64,000 bases of DNA from Candidatus Saccharimonadota bacterium (GTDB taxonomy: Bacteria; Patescibacteriota; Saccharimonadia; Saccharimonadales; OFTM59), in assembly GCA_029260875.1 (NCBI GenBank), contig JAJDCL010000013.1, forward strand, positions 7,985 to 71,984. The letters run 5' to 3'. Both the position numbers and the translations under genes were made by a program. This document shows, piece after piece, positions 27,354 to 36,788 of this stretch (its first letter is position 1; each line of letters starts with the position of its first letter). The notes beneath the pieces were generated by a model. It was given only the letters and a program-made list of their open reading frames with translations, did not search any database and was not told the origin of the DNA.

Positions 27354-28770
27354 TAGATTGCCCGTATAGCATCAGCTCGTCTAATATATAGTTTTGTTCA
27401 GGGCTTATGCCTTGCCTGGTTTTTAATTCTTCAATTTGCTTGAAGTAATCCGCCAAACGGTTTCCACCGTTACCCCCAGTCAGTTTTCGTTCTTTGTGGG
27501 CGTTCCACTCTGAGTGCTCCTTCTCAGTTAAATATTTAGGAAAATTACGTGCCTTGTACAGTAGCAAAAGCGCTTGAAGTCGTTGATCTTTAAACTTCAC
27601 GTCTAGGTTCACAAGATCATCGCCATCGGCTGCTCGCACAATGCTCATTTTGGTTTTGTCCAGATCGCCAAAGAAACCTTCGTATAAACGAGCGTCCACA
27701 TCATCGTCCGTCTCTAGTAAGCGTGCTTGCTGTTTTTCATCGAGTAGCTCCAAAGCTTGCAAGATAGAGCTAATAAATTCACCATTATTCTGTAATATTT
27801 TAAGGTTGCTTTTTATTTGTGCCAGGTCCAGGCTTAATCGTTCCTTGCTGGCACTGTCAAGGACTGACAAGGGCGCAATAGCAGGGCAACGATTAAACTG
27901 CAGCGTTTTTACTGGTAGCCTAGGGTCCGTAGAATCTTTCTTCCAGCGCCATGCCTCTGCAAGCTCTAACGGTGAAAGTTTTAAAAACGGACCAGGGTCT
28001 TGCCTCAGATCATAAACAAGCACACGTTTTCTTTTGGGATGGTCCGCAAGTTTATGTACGATGGTCGTTTTCTGGCATTCATGATCATATTTTCCTGAAG
28101 TATAAATAAACGGCTGACCCATATTAACGAGCTCAGCAACCATATTCTTTTGGCGCATACTCAGTAAAAAGTCAAAAAGTTTTGGTTGTTTGTTTTTAAC
28201 AAGTCTGGCCAATGCCAAAGTTGCGTTTACATCGCTCAGTGCGTCATGAGCGTCATTGTGATCAAGGTTATTGATAGCCGTCATCAGCTCCAAGCGACAA
28301 CTTGGCCTACCCGTAGAGTCTACGGGCCACTTGATACCTTCCGGCCGAAGCGCCCGAGTCATTCTAACCACATCCAACAAGTCCCAGCGTGAACGCCCCT
28401 CCTGCCATTGCCATTCATAAGGGTCGTAAAAGTTACGGTAGTGTGAATAACGCATAAACTCATCATCAAACCGCACAGTATTAAAGCCAGTAAAGATGGT
28501 GTCTGGCGCAACAATCTCCGCATGAAATATCTTTAAAAACTCTGCTTCAGTAAGGCCTTGTGCTCGGCTTTGCTGAGGAGTTATGCCAGTTACTAGAACT
28601 GCTACTGGATCCGGCAGCACATCCTCACTTAGTGCAATCAAAAAATTATAAGGCTTGCCTATTGGTTTTAGATCTAAATCAGTACGCTGGCCAGCGAACT
28701 GCACAATACGTGCATCCTTAGGGTTAAAGCCTGATGTTTCCAGGTCATAAAAGAAAAAACTATCTGCCAT
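27331..28770 (-). CDS. sbcB: exodeoxyribonuclease I
   Basis: DEDDh motifs FFFYDLETSGFNP, ..FNTVRFDDEF.., ..HDALSDV... Size and the C-terminal SH3-like/helical region fit ExoI. Confidence 0.9.
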   Translation of the reverse strand: MADSFFFYDLETSGFNPKDARIVQFAGQRTDLDLKPIGKPYNFLIALSEDVLPDPVAVLVTGITPQQSRAQGLTEAEFLKIFHAEIVAPDTIFTGFNTVRFDDEFMRYSHYRNFYDPYEWQWQEGRSRWDLLDVVRMTRALRPEGIKWPVDSTGRPSCRLELMTAINNLDHNDAHDALSDVNATLALARLVKNKQPKLFDFLLSMRQKNMVAELVNMGQPFIYTSGKYDHECQKTTIVHKLADHPKRKRVLVYDLRQDPGPFLKLSPLELAEAWRWKKDSTDPRLPVKTLQFNRCPAIAPLSVLDSASKERLSLDLAQIKSNLKILQNNGEFISSILQALELLDEKQQARLLETDDDVDARLYEGFFGDLDKTKMSIVRAADGDDLVNLDVKFKDQRLQALLLLYKARNFPKYLTEKEHSEWNAHKERKLTGGNGGNRLADYFKQIEELKTRQGISPEQNYILDELMLYGQSIMPLGSE

Positions 28771-28845
28771 TATTAATTATCAGTTTAGCACCTAGTTTTG
28801 CACATTCTTAATTTAAGCCCGAATAACAGTGAGTGCCTTGCGTTG

Positions 28846-30120
<1,275 letters not shown>

Positions 30121-30152
30121 TTAGTAAGAGTACATAGGTTAAGGGTCCGCGT

Positions 30153-31184
30153 CTAGTAAATGAAACGATAGTTATGGAACTGATCAGGAGTTATTGTGCG
30201 GTAGGTGACACGCCCCCACGAAGGGTAGTTCATGTCCGAAACCTGGAATGACCCATCCGGGTTTTCCTTTTCAACATAAGCTACATGCCCTAGCCCGCCT
30301 ATGTTTGCATGCCACAAAACGGCTCCAGCTTCCGGCTTAGTGCCAGCAGACAGCCCTGAGCGCTGCGCCAAATAGTACCAGCTAATTGCATTGCCAAGGC
30401 TTGTAGGAAGAGGACGACCTGTCTCAATCCGGCGTTTTGCAGCATGCCACGTACACCACCCGTAATCATAGCCGTTACCACCATAATGTGCAGTCAGCGG
30501 GCGTCTGTTGGGCTGTACGCCATCAGCAATAATTATGCGATCTCCTACTTGTAGGCCCCCTATTTCAGCATCGTTCATTTCTATCAACTTCTGCTGGTTA
30601 GCGTTATAGCGTATGGCTAGGCTATCGACTGTATCGCCAGCTTTAACTACATAAACAATGCCATTGGTCGGAGGGATGAACAGCTCTTGGCCAAGCTGTA
30701 AATTATCACCGTTTAGCCCGTTTGACCATTTAATAGAATCGGATGTAATACCAAACTTAGTAGCCAGGCTTGTCACGCTATCGCCAGCTTGAACTACATA
30801 CTTTATGATGTCCTTTTTAGATTTGAGTTCTGTAGTAACTATTTGGGGTTTGGCAACAACTGAGTTTTCTGCGGGCGAAACCGTTAACTGTGCGTTGACG
30901 CTGTCCGCGTGGTTGACCACAGCAACAGTTTCATCCAGTCGAGTCATTTTAGCCACGTGCACAGCTATGTCGGCCGAAGATAGCTGGTCAAGCGGGTTGG
31001 CGGGGACGCCCGAGTCAACCGTTTTCGCAACTGCATTATGACTGACCGTACCACCCGTGGGAGAACCGTTAGATACAAAAATAATAACCGCCGCCAGTAA
31101 AGCTAAATTGGCGAGTAAGAGGCTGTAACGAACTGCCCGTTTTTTAGAACGGTGAATGTGCTTCTTAAAGAGACGCTTATACAC
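30153..31184 (-). CDS. LysM-repeat / CHAP-domain peptidoglycan hydrolase, N-terminally anchored
   Basis: Two LysM repeats (YVVQAGDSVTSLATKFGITSDSIKWSN; YVVKAGDTVDSLAIRYNANQQKLIEMN). C-terminal CHAP (..YGWCTWHAAKRR.. ...GHVAYVE). Apparent GTG start. Confidence 0.85.
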   Translation of the reverse strand: MYKRLFKKHIHRSKKRAVRYSLLLANLALLAAVIIFVSNGSPTGGTVSHNAVAKTVDSGVPANPLDQLSSADIAVHVAKMTRLDETVAVVNHADSVNAQLTVSPAENSVVAKPQIVTTELKSKKDIIKYVVQAGDSVTSLATKFGITSDSIKWSNGLNGDNLQLGQELFIPPTNGIVYVVKAGDTVDSLAIRYNANQQKLIEMNDAEIGGLQVGDRIIIADGVQPNRRPLTAHYGGNGYDYGWCTWHAAKRRIETGRPLPTSLGNAISWYYLAQRSGLSAGTKPEAGAVLWHANIGGLGHVAYVEKENPDGSFQVSDMNYPSWGRVTYRTITPDQFHNYRFIY

Positions 31185-31417
31185 GCCCGTGACAGATCTG
31201 TTACCTAGTCTTTGACTAAGAGTGGTAGTACGAATACTGAATCTCCCGGCTTGTAGCCGTTCCCTTACGATTGATTTTTAATTATTTACTGGAGAAGGCG
31301 AGCCATCTCCTCTGTTAGTAAAGACAATCGCGGGGTAACAAGTGCGTCCTCATAAGAAATGTGAGGCTACGAATCAAGTTACCGTCAGATAGTAGCAAAA
31401 TTATGTCATAAATGCAA
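31185..31417 (-). promoter_or_regulatory. promoter plus roughly 200-nt structured 5' leader of the LysM/CHAP gene
   Basis: On the minus strand: TTGCAT (31417-12), 17 nt, TACTAT (31394-89). The leader contains three hairpins and three copies of AT(T)CGTA. Confidence 0.4.
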
Positions 31418-31463
31418 GATTTCTAACTAGTTTTGCACCTCATAATTATACGTTCTAACTCCG

Positions 31464-32525
31464 TTAGCGACAGCTACTACAGTGCTCGCGGACAAGTCTC
31501 GTGTGCTCATCCAGCGTACGAGAAAAGTAATTAACACCGTTATCACCAGAAACGAAGTATAAGAAGTCTGTTTGTGCCGGGGAAGCAACAGCGTTCAAGG
31601 AATTCTTGCCAGCATTACTGATAGGCCCCGGAATCAAGCCCTTGTTTTGATAGGTATTGTACAGCGATGTAAAACCAGAGTGAGGCTCCTCTCCAGCTAA
31701 GACTGCACCATAGTCTGTTGTTGCATCAGACTGCAGCGGCATATTGTTTTTTAGACGCAGCAAGAATACCTGGGCTACCTGTTTTTTATCTTCTATGTCC
31801 TTTTGCGGGTCTTTGCTACCAACTTCTTGCTCGATTATAGAAGCAAGTGTCACCCCCTCATGTACAGTCAGGCCTTGGCGCACAAAGCCAGCTCTTACCT
31901 CTGGCGTTAGGTAATTGTGCATCTGGTCAAGTGCGGCACGTACTATGTCGCTAGCCGTTGTTACGGGCGCTTTTGCGAATGACTCGGGATAAAGATAACC
32001 TTCTAGACTTGCTTCTTTAGGCTTGTCGACTAGTGCCGGATGATCCGGATGGGAGCTCGGGCTCAGGGCTACTTCAACATCACTGGCCGCGAAGCCCTGG
32101 TTGATTAAGTCGTCGCGCACCTCGTCTATGCGCTTAGCCGGGAAAATAGTAACCAAATTCGTTGTCTCCTTTCCGTGGGTCAATATTGTAAAAATATCAG
32201 CTACAGACTGGCTTGGCTTAAGAGAATAGGTCCCTGCTTTTAGATCTTCACGAGCGCCGTTACTACGAACAAACCATTCAAAAGCCCAGGATTTACGTAT
32301 AATACCGGAATCTTCTAAGATAACAGCTATCTCGTGCGTAGTTGTGCCGACTGGTATGGTTATTATTTGGCTTTTCTCTGAGCTGTTTATTGGCCTAAGG
32401 TTCTGATTATATGCGCGCCTAATAAAAACCGCTGACCCTGCGCCCACAACTAGCAATATAATAAGTAAAGCTATAAATGTTTTATGCCACTTGCGGGGGA
32501 GCTTTTTGATAGTGTACTTAATCAT
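31464..32525 (-). CDS. mltG: endolytic transglycosylase MltG (YceG family)
   Basis: N-terminal TM. ..LASIIEQEV.. and ..YNTYQNKGLIPGPISNAG.. signature. Confidence 0.9.
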   Translation of the reverse strand: MIKYTIKKLPRKWHKTFIALLIILLVVGAGSAVFIRRAYNQNLRPINSSEKSQIITIPVGTTTHEIAVILEDSGIIRKSWAFEWFVRSNGAREDLKAGTYSLKPSQSVADIFTILTHGKETTNLVTIFPAKRIDEVRDDLINQGFAASDVEVALSPSSHPDHPALVDKPKEASLEGYLYPESFAKAPVTTASDIVRAALDQMHNYLTPEVRAGFVRQGLTVHEGVTLASIIEQEVGSKDPQKDIEDKKQVAQVFLLRLKNNMPLQSDATTDYGAVLAGEEPHSGFTSLYNTYQNKGLIPGPISNAGKNSLNAVASPAQTDFLYFVSGDNGVNYFSRTLDEHTRLVREHCSSCR

Positions 32526-32955
32526 TCAAAACCTCTTCCGATTTGTTACTTTGCCGGAGATAATCTTCCAGTATAAAGGTTGCAGCCAGCGCGTCAATCA
32601 TGCCCATATTTTGCTTTTTGGGGTGCGTAAGGATTTCCTGCTCAGCTTTTTGCGATGTCAGCGCCTCGTCTTGTGAGTATACAGGGATTGAAAAGTGTCT
32701 CTTAAGCCCTTCAATAAACTGGCGCGTATGGACGGTCTGCTTTGTCTCTTGGCCATTCATGCCTCTAGGCAAACCAACAACAATAGAAACAACTTGCTCC
32801 TCCTGGATGATTTTAGCAAGCTTATCAAAGATTGATTGATCGTTGATGAGAGTAGTCAGCGGACCAGGCAGCCGAGCAATAGTATTGGCTCTTGCAACGC
32901 CAATTCTGCGCCCACCTACATCAAGTGCCAGAATTGTAGTGTTAGTTGCTTTCAT
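32518..32955 (-). CDS. ruvX: Holliday-junction resolvase-like nuclease RuvX/YqgF
   Basis: ILALDVGGRRIGVARAN... and ..VVGLPRGMNGQE... Confidence 0.9.
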   Translation of the reverse strand: MKATNTTILALDVGGRRIGVARANTIARLPGPLTTLINDQSIFDKLAKIIQEEQVVSIVVGLPRGMNGQETKQTVHTRQFIEGLKRHFSIPVYSQDEALTSQKAEQEILTHPKKQNMGMIDALAATFILEDYLRQSNKSEEVLND

Positions 32956-34618
32956 TATCCGCTGAGCCGGCGTCTACTGTCTCAACTATCACATTGATTT
33001 TTGCGGGTTCTTTCGGCGCCTTCGTAACCCAAAATGGCTTATAGTTCACGCTTACATCCGTTACTCCCGGGCGAGCTTTAATAAGGTTCCTAGCTTCTCC
33101 TTCTTTCTTGCCGGTAATTTCTTGCTTTAACGCGTTCTCGTCAATTTCTGGTCCAGCTACCACCAGTGTTTGTAGCGTATAACTTATATCTCCGTTAGGT
33201 TTTCTTTCGCCTATCTGAAAAACTGCTTCTTCAAGCCCGTAATCACTAATCTTCTGCCGGTCAGAGTCAATATCGTCCGCAATGGCGTTATCAATCACAG
33301 GCGTTAGGTGCTCAGACTTTATGCCCAACATAGTAAAAGTCATTGTAACATTTACTGTTACTTCAGCGGCCTCAGTATTAACATCAGGAGAGCTAACAGC
33401 CTCTGGTTGCCCAATACTTAATGTATCTTCAAGAGCTATCAAGCCTTCTGCAGTCAGCTGTTGCTTTAGCTCGTCTTTAGCGCTGCCCGTAAAGCTATCT
33501 ACAATCTTTTGGCGCAGCCCGTCAATATCGCCCTGGCTGACAACCTTAACCATCTGATTGGTGCCGCCCTTCATGTCAGATCCCTTGCCTTGCACGCCCG
33601 CAAACCCAGCAACCACATAGTCACGTTCTGACAGGTTGTAGTTGTCTCCGGGGTTCTGGGCGGTAACATCAACTGATTTTGTTGGCGTTATGCAGGTTTT
33701 ACTCCCACCAGTTAATATACTTTGCGGTAAAGTGACTGCTTCGTCGGTTATAAACGAAAGCCCGCCTGAACTTATGGCAGTATTAGCCGGAATTACTAAG
33801 TCGCCGTCCTTGGTACTGCAGTTTTTTAATACTACATCGCCAGTTGCTTTTTGGCCGACATTTTTTTGGCCAGTCGCTGGTGTCTTTTGGCTTTCGCCTT
33901 TCTTTAATTCTTTACTGACCGAAGGGACGATGGCTTGCTCTTCGTCTAGTTCTTGAGCATTTGGGCTTGCGATAAATTTTACCGAAGAGCTAACGTTCTC
34001 CGTGTTTGTTTTGATATGCACTTCTGCGGTAGGCATAACAAAGATAGCCATGTAGCCCCCTATCAGCAACAGAACCACAATCAATCCGGCAACAAGTAGT
34101 TTTGTGCGAAACTTATTAAAGTTAGGTACTTTTAGCCCCTTAGGTGGTTTTTGCTTTTTTGCTTTTTTGGTGCTGGCATCTGAGACCGGTTCTTCGTTGT
34201 CCACCTCAATAGTTTCGTCTTCAAAATCAGTAAACCCAGCTAGCACGCCTACAGGTTTCTGGGGGTCAAGTGGCGTCTCGGGCTCTTTTACTTGCTCCAA
34301 GCCCTCATCTATCGAATCAGGACTGGGCGGAGGAGGTGGAACCGTAGGTTTACTAAGAAGGGTTTTGGCCACGTATAAGCCGACTGCTCCAGCCAGAGGC
34401 ATAAGTGCAGCTTCAGACGTGATTAGTACTAGGTGCTTCTTGGCTTCTTCACTGCTGCGCTTAAGCAGCTTCATATTCACTATGGACTGTAGGATAGCGG
34501 CACGCTTGGGCAGCACCAGAGCCACAATTTTTTGCGGTGAGGAACGGACCTTTTCAATGATAGAGGTTATCTCATCATCAATATCTATATAAATTGTGTC
34601 TTTTTTGTCGCTAGTCAT
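32942..34618 (-). CDS. hypothetical bitopic membrane protein (cytoplasmic N-domain, Pro-rich linker, one TM, roughly 350-aa external beta-rich domain)
   Basis: 558 aa. TM LLVAGLIVVLLLIGGYMAIFV. 2-nt gap from the ftsA-like gene. No family recognised. Confidence 0.7.
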   Translation of the reverse strand: MTSDKKDTIYIDIDDEITSIIEKVRSSPQKIVALVLPKRAAILQSIVNMKLLKRSSEEAKKHLVLITSEAALMPLAGAVGLYVAKTLLSKPTVPPPPPSPDSIDEGLEQVKEPETPLDPQKPVGVLAGFTDFEDETIEVDNEEPVSDASTKKAKKQKPPKGLKVPNFNKFRTKLLVAGLIVVLLLIGGYMAIFVMPTAEVHIKTNTENVSSSVKFIASPNAQELDEEQAIVPSVSKELKKGESQKTPATGQKNVGQKATGDVVLKNCSTKDGDLVIPANTAISSGGLSFITDEAVTLPQSILTGGSKTCITPTKSVDVTAQNPGDNYNLSERDYVVAGFAGVQGKGSDMKGGTNQMVKVVSQGDIDGLRQKIVDSFTGSAKDELKQQLTAEGLIALEDTLSIGQPEAVSSPDVNTEAAEVTVNVTMTFTMLGIKSEHLTPVIDNAIADDIDSDRQKISDYGLEEAVFQIGERKPNGDISYTLQTLVVAGPEIDENALKQEITGKKEGEARNLIKARPGVTDVSVNYKPFWVTKAPKEPAKINVIVETVDAGSADNESN

Positions 34619-34620
34619 TT

Positions 34621-35925
34621 TTAAACTCTTAGTATTCTATCAATTCTTTCACGGATAGACCCGGCTGGGCGGTTATTTTCTTGGAATAGGGTATCGGCGC
34701 CGACGCGCAGCAACCCCATTGCTGTAATGTAAGTATGGTCAGTTACTGCGCCTGTTTTGTCAACAATACCGCTGACTTGATCTGGGTGTATGTGATGGAT
34801 AATAGGCCGACGGGTGAAAGGTAGTTTGTTGTACCAGTTGGTTTTTTCCAGTCGCTCAACCAACATATCAAGGCTTGATCCACCACCACATAACAAAATA
34901 CGGTGCGGTAAATGGTCGAGTTTTGTAAACTCGCCCAGTGCCAGTTCTATACCGCTAATCCAAACATCCAGTGTTTTACCTAGCGCCTCCTCAATAGCAG
35001 GGGCTTTGGATTTAGGCACAACGCTCGTCCCGAGCCCAAGCTTCAATTGCTCTGCCTGAGTAAACTCTACCCCCAGGTCACGCTCAATTGAACGAGTAAA
35101 TGCGCGCCCGCCAATACCAAACATCTTGGTGCCCTGGACTCCGCCTTCGTCAATAACAGCAATGTCGGTCGTGCCACCGCCGACGTCCATTAATATAGCG
35201 CTCATTGTAGCGTTTGGGTCATCACCAATCACTGAGCGCGCAACAGCAAATGGCTCTGCTGCCACGGCTAATAAATCAAGGTCAAGTTCCTGAGATGTCC
35301 GCTCAAGCGCCCCTATATGTATAAGTGGCGCAAACGCTGCAAACAAATGAACAAGCACATCTTTGCCCTGAAAGCCAACTGGGTTTGTAACTTTATATCC
35401 GTCAATGTCAATATTTACGAGCGCGCTGTTAACCAAGCGAATTTCTACTTCTTTGCCACCTAGTTCCCAGGCCAATTGCTTTTTTGCTCTTGCTTCAGCC
35501 CGCTCCTGGACCAATGCAATAATCCGTTCAACTTCCGCCATGTCTAATGGTTTTGTAGAATTTTTGCGTGTTGCACGAACAGTGGTGGTTGTGCCTTTTA
35601 CCAGTTCTCCTGCTATACCGATAACCGACATACGCACACTGACCCCTGCCTGCTGTTCTGCTTGGTTTAGAGCTTTATCGCAATTACCAACTACAGCAGC
35701 TATGTCCGCTATCGCACCGGCCTGCATGTCGGTAAGCTGCTGATGCGCCCTGCCTACCCCGATAATTTCAAGCTGGCCGTCTTTAATTTCAGCAATGAGT
35801 GCTTTGACGTTTTCCGTACCTATATCAAGGCCCACCACGTACCGCCCGCTGTCGCTACCCCTGGCTTTATCTTGCCGAGCATGCGCCAAGACAGACTTAG
35901 AAATACCTTTTAATTTATCAAGCAT
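34621..35925 (-). CDS. ftsA: actin-like ATPase, FtsA-like cell division protein
   Basis: Phosphate-1 GLDIGTENVKALIAE, phosphate-2 DVGGGTTDIAV, C-terminal amphipathic tail GSIRERIDRILRV. Confidence 0.75.
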   Translation of the reverse strand: MLDKLKGISKSVLAHARQDKARGSDSGRYVVGLDIGTENVKALIAEIKDGQLEIIGVGRAHQQLTDMQAGAIADIAAVVGNCDKALNQAEQQAGVSVRMSVIGIAGELVKGTTTTVRATRKNSTKPLDMAEVERIIALVQERAEARAKKQLAWELGGKEVEIRLVNSALVNIDIDGYKVTNPVGFQGKDVLVHLFAAFAPLIHIGALERTSQELDLDLLAVAAEPFAVARSVIGDDPNATMSAILMDVGGGTTDIAVIDEGGVQGTKMFGIGGRAFTRSIERDLGVEFTQAEQLKLGLGTSVVPKSKAPAIEEALGKTLDVWISGIELALGEFTKLDHLPHRILLCGGGSSLDMLVERLEKTNWYNKLPFTRRPIIHHIHPDQVSGIVDKTGAVTDHTYITAMGLLRVGADTLFQENNRPAGSIRERIDRILRV

Positions 35926-35967
35926 AATCTCTATAAGTATAGCACGAACAGAGGTGGCAAATAAAAC

Positions 35968-36762
35968 TTAGGCAGCTCTTTTAAAATGTGCGTTGTACGG
36001 CTGGGTTCCACTTGCCGGAATCGCACGGTCTACCATGATAATTTCTTGTAGATTTAGACAGCTCTTCATGACCGCGACTACACATCGCTCTAGCGTACCC
36101 CTGTAGCGCTCTTCTCGGGTCATCATGCCTTCATTATGGTGAGGGTGTGGCACCCCCCAACAGCTAACTAGTATTAACGAAGTGATGGCCGGACTGATGA
36201 AGCGTTCCAGTTTTTCTTGTGCTGTTTTGTCGTTATATTTTTGAGCTACATTTGCGTTACCTGCAGCACCTATAAGGTCTGCACAAATTAACAGGCTCTT
36301 ACCGATTGTGTTAAGAGTTGCTGACTGCTGATCATCAAACCCAAATACCCCCTTTTCTTTTTTACTAAACGTTATTTTTTTGTCTTGCTGCCCAACTTTA
36401 AGGCCCGATTCGTATGTCACCACGCTGACACATGGCTTAGGTTTTCCAAAAGTTGCGGTACCAACAAGCATAATAACCCCAGGCATTGAGCGCGAAACCG
36501 CTTCGATGCGATGCCCACGACTTGAAATAACGTCAACATTTCTAGGGATAAGTTCCAGGGGCCCAGTTGCCGTAATTAGTTCTGGCGAGACAACATAACC
36601 TTTTGTATCAGGTAAAGACTCCAGTGCTTCAATATATTCTGGCCAGTTTGGCGCAGAGATCGCCGTCAATAACGTCTTATCTCTCATCGTAAAGTTATGA
36701 ACGCCGTGTGTGCGTTCATAACGCACAGAGATGCCACCTTCCAATGCTTGACTGCCACTCAT
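35968..36762 (-). CDS. hypothetical protein (possibly carbon-nitrogen hydrolase-like)
   Basis: 264 aa. ..KSLLICADLIGAAG.. resembles the Cys block of CN-hydrolases, but the other catalytic blocks are not confidently seen. The alternative start is MRDKTLL at 36687. Confidence 0.55.
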   Translation of the reverse strand: MSGSQALEGGISVRYERTHGVHNFTMRDKTLLTAISAPNWPEYIEALESLPDTKGYVVSPELITATGPLELIPRNVDVISSRGHRIEAVSRSMPGVIMLVGTATFGKPKPCVSVVTYESGLKVGQQDKKITFSKKEKGVFGFDDQQSATLNTIGKSLLICADLIGAAGNANVAQKYNDKTAQEKLERFISPAITSLILVSCWGVPHPHHNEGMMTREERYRGTLERCVVAVMKSCLNLQEIIMVDRAIPASGTQPYNAHFKRAA

Positions 36763-36788
36763 CCTTATATTATACCACGGTTGTCAAG

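Noticed and set aside
31185-31417. Firm assignment of the CHAP leader to the ydaO/c-di-AMP riboswitch class
   Set aside because: Fragments resemble ydaO elements (CGTAAG-like, GAGATTC, ACCCCG), but their order and spacing do not match the consensus as I recall it. It is kept as an unclassified leader pending a covariance-model search.
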